A DNA stretch of 64,000 bases, taken from sequence record PQ227241.1; one strand, written 5' to 3'. Shown here piece by piece: positions 35,742 through 50,631 of this stretch. Within the stretch, counting starts at the first letter, position 1. Every line of letters begins with the position of its first letter. Below the pieces are notes generated by a model. That model was not told where the DNA came from. It made no database searches and worked only from the letters and a program-made list of their open reading frames with translations. Both the position numbers and the translations under genes were made by a program.

Positions 35742-35762
35742 GCCCTCCCGTAATGGGAGGGC
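35742..35762. terminator. Bidirectional intrinsic terminator
   Basis: GCCCTCCC/GGGAGGGC stem between convergent genes, with CATAA and ATTATGTTGTT flanks. Confidence 0.88.
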
Positions 35763-35782
35763 ATTATGTTGTTTAGAAATTA

Positions 35783-38473
<2,691 letters not shown>

Positions 38474-38493
38474 CTAAATTTTAAAGTGAGTAA

Positions 38494-40674
<2,181 letters not shown>

Positions 40675-40681
40675 GGAGCGA

Positions 40682-41557
<876 letters not shown>

Positions 41558-41565
41558 GGTGTGTA

Positions 41566-42009
41566 ATGGCTGATACAAGAGCTGAATTAGTAGCTGCTTG
41601 GAATGTGGCTAATAAACCTAAAGATAATAATGGTAAGCCTAGGGATTTAACTGTTGATGATGTTGAATTTATAGGGACTGATACATTCTTAGCAACTGGT
41701 ACAAATGCCAAAACAACAATGAGAGCGAAGACCAGTTCACTTTATTTTAAAGGTGAGACAGTTATTTACTTTAATAGACGCTCTTTACCAGAGTACTGTC
41801 TTGGTATAAAAGTACCGGGTAAACCAACTGACTATACTGATAATTTAGAAGTAGCTGAAAAATTAAGAGATGTTTACGGTATTCCATTTATTATAGATGA
41901 GATACAACCGCAACCTATTACTGGGAATACGGTTACGATACATCCATACTTTAATAACTTGTCATGGATACCAACAATACCAGTAACTCTTGAATTTGAA
42001 AGCAGTTAA
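41566..42009 (+). CDS. gp126: Virion structural protein (gp126/127/143 family)
   Basis: 147 aa with IYFNRRSL motif and a GAGGTG SD. Confidence 0.65.
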   Translation: MADTRAELVAAWNVANKPKDNNGKPRDLTVDDVEFIGTDTFLATGTNAKTTMRAKTSSLYFKGETVIYFNRRSLPEYCLGIKVPGKPTDYTDNLEVAEKLRDVYGIPFIIDEIQPQPITGNTVTIHPYFNNLSWIPTIPVTLEFESS

Positions 42010-42029
42010 ATAAAAAAAATAAAGACATA

Positions 42030-42053
42030 GCCCCTCTCCATACGGAGAGGGGT
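42030..42053. terminator. Bidirectional intrinsic terminator
   Basis: GCCCCTCTCC/GGAGAGGGGT stem between convergent genes, with GACATA/TTATGCC flanks and an upstream A-tract. Confidence 0.88.
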
Positions 42054-42072
42054 TTATGCCATTACTTAATTA

Positions 42073-42705
42073 TTACCATTCAACCTTAAATTCACCGCAT
42101 TTAAATGACAGTTTATTAGATCGATGATCTCGCCCAAACCAACATCCTTCCTTGGTGACTGCATCTGCAATTTGTGGTTTAACCATATTATTTTTGTATG
42201 ATTCACGAAGTGCAGTATATAGGGCTTTATGACATGTTTCGAAGAATACCTTATTAATAGGATTCTTATCGTTAACTCTTGCTAGTGAATGTTTATCAAG
42301 AAGAGTGTGCATTCCAATTGAATACTTCTGGATAGTTTCTAGATCTTTCTTAAGTGCCCAGATACCATAAGTTACTTTTAGAGAGGTATTAGCTTTGGTT
42401 GATGGAATAAATGCTGATGGGTCGTCAATCATTGGTGCTAATTGCTCGGTAGAATATGGATTATAAGAAAGATACTGTTGTCCATCCCAAATATACATAT
42501 CCATTGTATCTTGAACGACATATAGAACTAGGACTTTACCATTTGCCGGTAGATCACATTTTGTATTTACTTCTACAGTGTCATTGAAATCTGGTTTATA
42601 GTTATTATAACTATTCATCAATACCACATCATCGAATAGTCCTGCCATATTCACCGTATTTTTGTTTAGTAGTTCTTTGAAGAATTTATTCATTTTAGCT
42701 AGCAT
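42073..42705 (-). CDS. Hypothetical protein
   Basis: 210 aa with an AGGAG SD, stand-alone between two terminators. Confidence 0.7.
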   Translation of the reverse strand: MLAKMNKFFKELLNKNTVNMAGLFDDVVLMNSYNNYKPDFNDTVEVNTKCDLPANGKVLVLYVVQDTMDMYIWDGQQYLSYNPYSTEQLAPMIDDPSAFIPSTKANTSLKVTYGIWALKKDLETIQKYSIGMHTLLDKHSLARVNDKNPINKVFFETCHKALYTALRESYKNNMVKPQIADAVTKEGCWFGRDHRSNKLSFKCGEFKVEW

Positions 42706-42757
42706 TGTATTACTCCTTTTTTACAATATTTGATTAAATGATACACTATTCATAAAT

Positions 42758-42779
42758 AAGCCCCTCCGAAGAGGGGCTT
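42758..42779 (-). terminator. Intrinsic terminator with UUCG loop
   Basis: AAGCCCCTC-TTCG-GAGGGGCTT-ATTT on the minus strand after gp124. Confidence 0.88.
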
Positions 42780-42785
42780 TTATTC

Positions 42786-44951
42786 TTATTTAACAAGCTT
42801 AAGTAGAACAGCATTATCAACAAGAGCGCCACGAATAACTTGTAGATAAGATCCATCAGCAGTGATAATGTACATTTTGTGTGTACGTGCATCATCTGAA
42901 TCTTTAGAGCTATTTAGACGTTTTGCCATTCCCATGATTACTTGAGTAATCTTAGGTTCGGTAAGTTTACTGATAAGTACTGCTTTCTCAGTGTAAATAT
43001 TTAGGCAGGATAGTTCCTCAAGGCGCCAGCCAGTTTGGAAACGCACTGATAGATCTAGAATAGAATTACCTTCTTCTGGATCAATATTAACACACATACT
43101 CCGTCCAACAATAAACGGAATACTAGCGGTAAATTTATCAGCTACTGACTTACCCTTCTTACCGATCAGATATGCGATAAGGTCACCGATATCTTCACAG
43201 AAGTCATCAATGGTTACCTTCTGACTCATTGAATCAGCCAGGAACTCATTAACTGCACTGGTGAGCCTTTCAACTAGGAACCGATAGTAGCGTTGAGCCA
43301 GCTTACCATCTAGCATTAGTTGCTTAAGGCGCTTTGCAATTAGATGCGGATCGGGTTCTTTTCGAATATCCTCGATCTCATACATGACTTCAGTTGAAGC
43401 ATCAAATGGATGGGATGATGCTGCGCGATACTCATGTGCTGGAACTACATCATCTTCGCTTAGCTCAAGTGCTTCACGAACTGCATTGAGTGCACCAGCT
43501 TCTGCTTCAAGATTATTTGCACAAGCAATATAACCTTCTAGGATAACTGGATCATGTTCACGATTATCAGTTAACCCAGCATCATTTGGTGAAAACTCTT
43601 CGGCTACTTCTTTAACCGGTTTGGCATCACCCATAATGGTAGATAGCTTATAACTGGTTGCAGTACGCGCACCACCACCACGATGTGCTTGACGACGGAG
43701 ATCATCTTGAAGCTCATGCTTTAGATAATCCATTTCCATGTGATTCTCCCACTTACGATATACTTCATGTACAGTGTTATCAGGCCATTTAGCAAGGAAG
43801 CGACAATATACTGCCGGATCCATTAGGATGCTGTATGGATTAGCTGAACTAGCAGTACGTACCCAATCAGGTTTATCTGCAACTAGATGAGCAGGTCGGA
43901 TTTCAATGCCACCTGGATTATAGATAACATCCATCGGACGATCTTTATTAATTACAAATCCATTGGGTACATAATAGTTCGGATCGAATACGAGTTCTTT
44001 CACATCTTGAGGGATGGGTAGATCCGTATTATCATTAGTTACAGTATTTGCATTTTGTTGTAGTTCAGGTAGAATCATTACATCACCTCCACCAGGGATT
44101 GTATCATAACTACTATTTGGAGATACTTCAACAGTGGCACCCCAAGAGTCTTTAGGTTGCATGACTGGTTTGTTTTCCAGGAAAGGAGAAGAACCAGGTA
44201 CGTCATATGCAGCATTTGCAATTGATGGACCAGTGTCATGATTAGTTGTTGGTGTATATGCCCCTGGAATGTTCAGCTGCGGATTAGCCATGGTAGCCGG
44301 TTGACCATAGGTCTGTTGGATACCTGCGTTAATTGGAGGTAGTTGTGAACTCATGCCAGGACGACCCATTGCTGCACCCATCCCAGGGAAACTTCCAGGC
44401 TGTACACCAGGTTGTTGATATCCACCCTGCATCATGGTGTTACCACCCATACGCATCTTTTGGATATCTGATTCAATCTGCCCGATTACACCAAGTGCCT
44501 GTTGGATATTCGGCATTAGATGTTGAACTAGACTTTGTAGCTGCGGGAAGGTTTGAGCACATTTACCAACAAAACCAGACCATACTAGAGATGCAGCTTG
44601 CTGCATTGCCTGCTGTGGGTTATTCACCATTTGACGATGAATAAATAGAAACTCTAGAAAGTCAATAACTTTCTGAGCCCACTGCTGATAATAGTTATTC
44701 TGAAAACCATTACTAGATAGCAGATTATACGCAAATGCATGAAGCTGGGTGGTAGTAGCAGCATTTTGAGCATTCAGCCGGAACAGCCCAATTACACCAT
44801 TGAAATATGGTTGTAGTTGAGGATGTTGTTGATGTGGTGATAACTGTAGTGGTAGGCTAAACAGATAATTCCCATTAGGTAGGTTAGGATCGAAAGTACT
44901 GGTATCTACACTCTCAAAATCGACAGGTAGATTGTACTGTGCATAGTTCAT
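42786..44951 (-). CDS. gp124: Conserved protein with Q/G/M/P-rich low-complexity region
   Basis: 721 aa, directly downstream of nvRNAP gp123. Confidence 0.7.
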   Translation of the reverse strand: MNYAQYNLPVDFESVDTSTFDPNLPNGNYLFSLPLQLSPHQQHPQLQPYFNGVIGLFRLNAQNAATTTQLHAFAYNLLSSNGFQNNYYQQWAQKVIDFLEFLFIHRQMVNNPQQAMQQAASLVWSGFVGKCAQTFPQLQSLVQHLMPNIQQALGVIGQIESDIQKMRMGGNTMMQGGYQQPGVQPGSFPGMGAAMGRPGMSSQLPPINAGIQQTYGQPATMANPQLNIPGAYTPTTNHDTGPSIANAAYDVPGSSPFLENKPVMQPKDSWGATVEVSPNSSYDTIPGGGDVMILPELQQNANTVTNDNTDLPIPQDVKELVFDPNYYVPNGFVINKDRPMDVIYNPGGIEIRPAHLVADKPDWVRTASSANPYSILMDPAVYCRFLAKWPDNTVHEVYRKWENHMEMDYLKHELQDDLRRQAHRGGGARTATSYKLSTIMGDAKPVKEVAEEFSPNDAGLTDNREHDPVILEGYIACANNLEAEAGALNAVREALELSEDDVVPAHEYRAASSHPFDASTEVMYEIEDIRKEPDPHLIAKRLKQLMLDGKLAQRYYRFLVERLTSAVNEFLADSMSQKVTIDDFCEDIGDLIAYLIGKKGKSVADKFTASIPFIVGRSMCVNIDPEEGNSILDLSVRFQTGWRLEELSCLNIYTEKAVLISKLTEPKITQVIMGMAKRLNSSKDSDDARTHKMYIITADGSYLQVIRGALVDNAVLLKLVK

Positions 44952-44986
44952 GTGAATAATACCTATTAAGTAGTTAAAGATTTAAT

Positions 44987-46618
44987 TTATTTTGCACGGA
45001 ACATTAATTGAGCGTTGTCAATTATTTCACGCACTTCTTCACGACGTTCAACTAGTCCAGTTGGACCCACTTTGGTATACATATTAAGCCTACCTCGACC
45101 ATCCGGGTTGTTCTTAGGTTGGTTTTTATATTGACCTACCTCAGCAATAGATGCGTGAATAATCCTAGATGAGTCATTGATTAGAGACTTATTATGAGCC
45201 TTAGCTGTTTTAGCGCGATCCTGTGTAACTAGGATAGATGTCCCTTTAATCAACATACTGGAGTTTGGATTACTCATTGTATCGAGTTCACCATGGTCCA
45301 CTGTTAATCGTTTAATAGCTGTCTGTAGTTTAAAAGAACGTTTTAAACCTTCGTTTAGCTCTTGTACAGTCCATTCACGATCACGCCTAGACTGGAACAT
45401 ATAACCAAACATACTTACAGCATAGTTAAACTCTGACATCAAGTAATGCAGTACTGTTAACCTTTTACCATACATACTAGTTTCATCAATATCAGTAGCA
45501 TAAAGATGATGAGCCAAACTAGTCATGATCTCGTAAAGAAGTTCCCAAATAGTACTTACATTGACACCAACTGTTTTAAGTTCTTCAATAGTCATTTCGT
45601 CTAGTGAATTACAGAAACTGTGTAGGTGTGAATCAATGTTTTCCTCTACTTTACCTTGGTGCTCAAAATCACCAAACACCATGTGACCTAGGATAACACG
45701 CCATAAGTTGGTACTATCTACATATTCAGGTCGAGTAAACCGCATTGGAAATGCATCGACCACATACCAGAAACCAGCGATAAGTCGTGTGGCAAAAATA
45801 GATTCTTGATGACGAGGTATAACAAGAACCATTTCACCGGTGGGATGTTTGCCTTTTAATGTTGCACTGGAATAAATATTCCACTTTTCACGTGGATATT
45901 CTTCTTCAGGAAAATCAGACAGCAGTCCACACTTAACATCTACATTAGCCCATTGTTTGAAAGTTTGAGTTACTCCAAACTGACAGAAGAAATAATGAGC
46001 TAAACATGACTCAATATGTGGTCGATTATCCAGATCTCGTTTAGTACGCTTAGCCATTTCATTGTGAATCTGTGACCAGATCACATACATGATTTTACGC
46101 TGACCATTGCACATGTAATGGTGGTCAGTTTGTTTAAAGGTTAGCTTAGTACGACGAAACGGGATGAAGATGCTATCATTAAGTACAGAGAACCCAACAT
46201 CAGTTAATACTGGTGAACCGATATATTTCGCACCATTGATAGTTACCATATTGCCTCTCTTAAAAGCTGGTAACAACATTGGACGAGGATAAAGCATTTC
46301 CCCTTTATAACTAAACATTAGGTCAATCATGTACATGTCAGTTGGAGCAATATTGGCAATACGCTTAGCATTATATTCCCGAGTAATCTCTTCAAAATGC
46401 TTAAGCGGTGTACATGCACGATTGCCTTCATATTTGAAGCCATCGGGAAATAGAACTGAACTGATATCAAATAAAGAATCAATATAACGCCTGGTCATAT
46501 TAACACCAGTATTTGGATCACGAGTCATGGTGTGTTCGACTGTGATACCATTTGCTAGTGTTGGATTCATGCAAGGCGTATTTTCACGAATCTTTTCAAT
46601 TAGAAATGGATCCGGCAT
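44987..46618 (-). CDS. gp123: Non-virion RNA polymerase beta-subunit fragment
   Basis: 543 aa. LP.FKRGN.V.INGAKY and NPDGRGRLN..T motifs homologous to RNAP beta. Recognised as phiKZ gp123. Confidence 0.88.
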   Translation of the reverse strand: MPDPFLIEKIRENTPCMNPTLANGITVEHTMTRDPNTGVNMTRRYIDSLFDISSVLFPDGFKYEGNRACTPLKHFEEITREYNAKRIANIAPTDMYMIDLMFSYKGEMLYPRPMLLPAFKRGNMVTINGAKYIGSPVLTDVGFSVLNDSIFIPFRRTKLTFKQTDHHYMCNGQRKIMYVIWSQIHNEMAKRTKRDLDNRPHIESCLAHYFFCQFGVTQTFKQWANVDVKCGLLSDFPEEEYPREKWNIYSSATLKGKHPTGEMVLVIPRHQESIFATRLIAGFWYVVDAFPMRFTRPEYVDSTNLWRVILGHMVFGDFEHQGKVEENIDSHLHSFCNSLDEMTIEELKTVGVNVSTIWELLYEIMTSLAHHLYATDIDETSMYGKRLTVLHYLMSEFNYAVSMFGYMFQSRRDREWTVQELNEGLKRSFKLQTAIKRLTVDHGELDTMSNPNSSMLIKGTSILVTQDRAKTAKAHNKSLINDSSRIIHASIAEVGQYKNQPKNNPDGRGRLNMYTKVGPTGLVERREEVREIIDNAQLMFRAK

Positions 46619-46627
46619 TATAAACTC

Positions 46628-47710
46628 CTAAACTTTTGGCAAAATTAAATCCATCAGTGAACCTACAATTTTAATGGATGATACTAGATCAGAGGCAATG
46701 GAGTTTAGATCACCCCATTTTAGACCATGAATCAATACAACATCTTTTGGTTTGAATTCTTTATCAAACGTACCAGCTGCTTTTTCCTGGGCTTCCCTTT
46801 CCTTAATATCAGCCGCTGTTAAGAGTGCAGTCTTAAGACGTTCAATAACTTTCTTATCTTTAATTCCAACCATTGCAGCAGCTTCTTCATGTGTTCTAAA
46901 GAAACCATTTTCATGGAACTGTTCAGGAGGTATTACATATCTCTTTTCGCCATTATGACTAATACATCCATGCTTACCACGGATATTAACAATAAGACCA
47001 GGATCTAATGATGGATTGTAGATTGACTCAATGGCCATAATTCTGCCAGCCATTACATAAAACAATTTATCTGGTTTATTGATGTCAGTATTATACGTTA
47101 AAGAATATGTTTCATTCCATACTTGATTAGAAAGTGCTTCTTCTTCTGGACTAAGTCCGCTGTAACCAGGAGGACTAATATTTCTATTTGGATAAAATTC
47201 AAAATACTGACTATACTCAGTTTTAAATACTTGGATACCTAAACTCTGAATCCAACCACCATGATACTGATCTACTAGTTTTGATAAGTCAATTGAATAC
47301 CAAATAGTAATCTCAGATAACTGGTTATTAAACTGATCGAATGTCTGTCGACTAAATGACTGAATATATTCTAACATTTCCTCAGGTGTAAAACCTGGAA
47401 TAGATTTAGCCATAACTTCATAGTTAAAACTATCATCACCACTCCATCGGTAAATGACCTTAACTACCAGTCTATTAGACATTACATACTTACGGGATGT
47501 CCCAATATTGATAGCGTGACCAGACGAATCAACTACAGTAATACGATGAAATGATTCATTCCGATACTCAACAAAACGTGAGACAGGGAGATTCCAATTA
47601 GCGTATGGATCACCCTTAGTGTATGCAGTTCCCGATTTCTTATCATACGGGTGATCGATAGTAGGCTTAACTGATACTTGAGTAAGCCCCGCAATTTTTA
47701 GTGTTACCAT
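46628..47710 (-). CDS. Hypothetical conserved protein
   Basis: 360-aa ORF upstream of gp123. Confidence 0.7.
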   Translation of the reverse strand: MVTLKIAGLTQVSVKPTIDHPYDKKSGTAYTKGDPYANWNLPVSRFVEYRNESFHRITVVDSSGHAINIGTSRKYVMSNRLVVKVIYRWSGDDSFNYEVMAKSIPGFTPEEMLEYIQSFSRQTFDQFNNQLSEITIWYSIDLSKLVDQYHGGWIQSLGIQVFKTEYSQYFEFYPNRNISPPGYSGLSPEEEALSNQVWNETYSLTYNTDINKPDKLFYVMAGRIMAIESIYNPSLDPGLIVNIRGKHGCISHNGEKRYVIPPEQFHENGFFRTHEEAAAMVGIKDKKVIERLKTALLTAADIKEREAQEKAAGTFDKEFKPKDVVLIHGLKWGDLNSIASDLVSSIKIVGSLMDLILPKV

Positions 47711-48119
47711 TGAAATCTACCTTAATCACAACGGCCTCCAAATCTACAATGTTGGGGAGCCTCTTTTTAGTTTGATGTACGGACCTTCCCTTAAAGGATT
47801 CACTCTTTTCCTTATTACTTGACTTCTGCCATTTATGCGGGTCACTCGAACAATATAACTTTTCGGTGGCCCGCTTAAACTGTTTTTCTTGAGGGATCTC
47901 CTCAATGTTTTTCTTGGCATAATCTGTAATAAAGTCCTCTAGCCCTTTGGGCATAAAGGCATCCTGAACAGGATGGAATTCTTCAAAGAAAGTATTAATG
48001 TATTTATCATCATCTACGGTAGACATCTTATTATCTACCATGGTATTTTTTTCTATAAGAGATACCCTCAGGGCATCCTGCCATCTTTCGATGACTTCTG
48101 GAAATAATTGAACGTTCAT
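47667..48119 (-). CDS. Hypothetical protein, first gene after an early promoter
   Basis: 150 aa with an AATAGGTT leader motif. Confidence 0.65.
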   Translation of the reverse strand: MNVQLFPEVIERWQDALRVSLIEKNTMVDNKMSTVDDDKYINTFFEEFHPVQDAFMPKGLEDFITDYAKKNIEEIPQEKQFKRATEKLYCSSDPHKWQKSSNKEKSESFKGRSVHQTKKRLPNIVDLEAVVIKVDFNGNTKNCGAYSSIS

Positions 48120-48162
48120 TTGGATTAACCTATTTTTAAATTAGAAGATCATGATCATTACT

Positions 48163-48179
48163 GTAATATAGATCTTAAA
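48163..48179 (-). promoter_or_regulatory. phiKZ early promoter (TTTAA-N4-TATATTAC)
   Basis: Minus strand reads TTTAAGATCTATATTAC, matching the TATATTAC early motif and the copies at 60756 and 61944. Confidence 0.75.
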
Positions 48180-48205
48180 CTTTTTTTAATGTAATACAAC
48201 ATAAA

Positions 48206-48225
48206 GCCCTCCCCGAAGGGAGGGC
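48206..48225 (-). terminator. Major capsid gene terminator with UUCG loop
   Basis: GCCCTCCC-TTCG-GGGAGGGC-TTTATGTTG. It lies 9 nt after the second in-frame stop (48235), about 90 nt after the annotated UGA. Confidence 0.9.
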
Positions 48226-48234
48226 CTATGTCTG

Positions 48235-48315
48235 TTACTCTTCTAACTTCCGGGCATTACCGTCTTCCAAATAACGGATAGTCCCATTTTCTAGATAACG
48301 GTAACCCTTTCCAGC
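48235..48315 (-). other. In-frame 26-codon extension of the major capsid ORF beyond UGA (putative readthrough domain)
   Basis: After CCG-TGA the same frame reads AGKGYRYLENGTIRYLEDGNARKLEE-TAA, which matches the gp143 C-terminus. Confidence 0.75.
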
Positions 48316-50559
48316 TCACGGCTTAAGATCAGCAAGCTTACCGTTGAACTGAGTTTCGCCCATGACTTTCTGGAAGCCAGTGATCTTGAACTCTAGTGCG
48401 AACGGAATGTTGTTGACGTGTAGGTTGAACGGAATGGCCGCGATTTCGCGAGTAACCTGGTGACCACCACGGGTGATCGGTAGGTCAGCGATAACAGTAG
48501 ATACGTAGAAGAACTGACCCCAGGAGAGGATGTCGTTTTCTTGTTGTACTGCGCGGGTCGGAATTACAACTAGCTTACCATCGAATAGCTGGTTGTTGGT
48601 GGAAACGATATCGTACTTGAGATAAGCACCTAGAGTACGGTCGTCACCTTTAGTCATTAGATAGTTAGCAATCTCTTTGTCGGAGCAGAAGAGATACATC
48701 GGAGTTTCATCCTGGTTACCGGAGATAACACGGAAGGCAGCTTCAATGTTGGAATCACGGTGAGCCGGGAATAGCTCAGCTTTAACACAGTTTAGGATCG
48801 CAGCGCAAACGTCGTCCCAACGATCTTTAGACTTGATGGTGTCGATGACTTTCTCAAGATCTAGTTCTTTGTAACGATAGGTCGGACGCATTACAGCGGA
48901 TAGTGCACCTTCGATGATACCAAACTTCGGACGGTTGTAACCATTGTGTACAACTTCACGTAGTTGAGCAAGGTAGTTAAGCATGCGCTTAACAGCGTTG
49001 TTGCTGTTACGGATGTTGGTGTTAACGGTTAGAGCTTTAACAACCTCACCCGGACCTTCATCGGTCATGGTGTCCATCGGTAGAGTTACAGGAGCGTGCA
49101 TCGGGATCGGATGACGGAACTGTAGTGCACGGGTCTGTAGTAGGTGACCACGCTGACGACGGTTGGTGTTGGTGAAGCGAGTATCTAGTTCGAAACCGAT
49201 AACAGCTAGGTCAATTAGCTGATCTAGAATAGCTTTAACAGCCGGGTCAGCATTATCCATTACTTGACCATCTTCGTTTAGAACTTTATCGACGTAAGTG
49301 TCGGTAGCACCAAACTTAGAATCGCCTTTGGATAGGCTGATAGTACCGCCGAAACCAACGCTTAGACGTAGGCTTAGTTTAGCAGTCTTAAGGTCGTTAA
49401 TAACGCCATCAGCTGAACCGTCGATGAAAGTGGTATCGCCACTAACAACAAGGTCATCGCTATCGAAACGGATAACTGCGTTCCGGGTATCACCAACTAG
49501 ATCGGGCTGGAACACAGCGCGAGGTAGACGGTCAACCTTGAACTTAACAACTTTACCGCCGAGTAGAACGAATAGGTTCTTTAGACGACCAGCCGGATCA
49601 ATGGTGTCAGAAACTTCAAGCATGCCACGCTGAATGAGTAGGTTAGCATTGGAGTTACCCATTAGATCAAGACGTACGTTCGCTTTTAGCGGAGCAGTAG
49701 TGATAGTTAGGTTCTGCTCGTTCTTGATGGTGTACGGAGGAACAAGAGCCGGGTCTACGAAGAAGTCAGCATTGGAACCAGCCGGATCTAGGGCAGGAAT
49801 TAGTGCAATGCTTTCGTCGTCGAGGATGGAAGGATCACGATAGGCTTCTACCATGTTCACTTCTTCGTTATCCATCTTAACGCCGGATACTTCGTGGTAA
49901 ACGTCTTTCATTACAGCGATGTAAGGAAGAACCTGAACAACACCACCTTCAATCGGGTTGATAACGGTGGTCGGATAGATACGCTCAGCGAATTCATCCT
50001 GACGGCTAGCAGCTAGGTTATAACCAATAGTTACAACACGGAAATCACGCTGTGACTTCTCGTTATAGTTCTCTAGGCCAACACCATTTTCGAATACTTG
50101 AATGCCACCAGCAGGGCCATTGAACTGATGCTGTACAACCTTAACATGATCTTCATTAGAAGCTTTAGCTTTGGTAATACCACGTAGTGCACGGATATAT
50201 TTAGTTTCATCAGCACAGGCGATAGCAGCCATGGTAGCAGCAGTGATTTGGTTCTCACGGACACGTTCTTCACGAGCACGTACTTGAGGATCACTGGAAC
50301 TTACTCGTTCGAAACCATAGTCGTTAACGAGCATTTGCATTTTGTTATAAATTGCAGCGGCATCTTGAATGTCGGTAGCTTGCACGGTACCGAAGTTTTC
50401 ATGTGAAATGCTGCTAATAAGGGAACGACCTTGACTAACAACGCTGTCATTTAGACCAATTTCACTTTCTAGGCGGCCAATGAAATCTTCCATTGAGAAG
50501 ACTTCGTAATTCTTTTCGCCTTTGTGTTTAAACAGTTCTCTTAGGGCATGTACGCTCAT
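48316..50559 (-). CDS. gp120: Major capsid protein
   Basis: 747 aa, with propeptide cleavage site GLE163 and GC-richer, highly-expressed-type codon usage. Recognised as phiKZ gp120. Confidence 0.95.
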   Translation of the reverse strand: MSVHALRELFKHKGEKNYEVFSMEDFIGRLESEIGLNDSVVSQGRSLISSISHENFGTVQATDIQDAAAIYNKMQMLVNDYGFERVSSSDPQVRAREERVRENQITAATMAAIACADETKYIRALRGITKAKASNEDHVKVVQHQFNGPAGGIQVFENGVGLENYNEKSQRDFRVVTIGYNLAASRQDEFAERIYPTTVINPIEGGVVQVLPYIAVMKDVYHEVSGVKMDNEEVNMVEAYRDPSILDDESIALIPALDPAGSNADFFVDPALVPPYTIKNEQNLTITTAPLKANVRLDLMGNSNANLLIQRGMLEVSDTIDPAGRLKNLFVLLGGKVVKFKVDRLPRAVFQPDLVGDTRNAVIRFDSDDLVVSGDTTFIDGSADGVINDLKTAKLSLRLSVGFGGTISLSKGDSKFGATDTYVDKVLNEDGQVMDNADPAVKAILDQLIDLAVIGFELDTRFTNTNRRQRGHLLQTRALQFRHPIPMHAPVTLPMDTMTDEGPGEVVKALTVNTNIRNSNNAVKRMLNYLAQLREVVHNGYNRPKFGIIEGALSAVMRPTYRYKELDLEKVIDTIKSKDRWDDVCAAILNCVKAELFPAHRDSNIEAAFRVISGNQDETPMYLFCSDKEIANYLMTKGDDRTLGAYLKYDIVSTNNQLFDGKLVVIPTRAVQQENDILSWGQFFYVSTVIADLPITRGGHQVTREIAAIPFNLHVNNIPFALEFKITGFQKVMGETQFNGKLADLKP

Positions 50560-50631
50560 TTTTTATTCCTACGTAGGATGAGTTTTTGGTTTAAAAATTT
50601 GGGTCTACTAAGCATCTTTTCCGGAATCAAC

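Noticed and set aside
48235-48330. Frameshift or independent small gene as an explanation for the RYLENG peptide
   Set aside because: Careful reverse-complementing shows the peptide is in frame 0 with gp120 (TGA GCT GGA AAG GGT TAC), so no shift is needed. There is no start codon or SD for separate translation.
49298-49843. Antisense ORFs (111 aa, 69 aa) opposite the capsid gene
   Set aside because: Expected by-product of the strongly biased codon usage in gp120; no coding features of their own.
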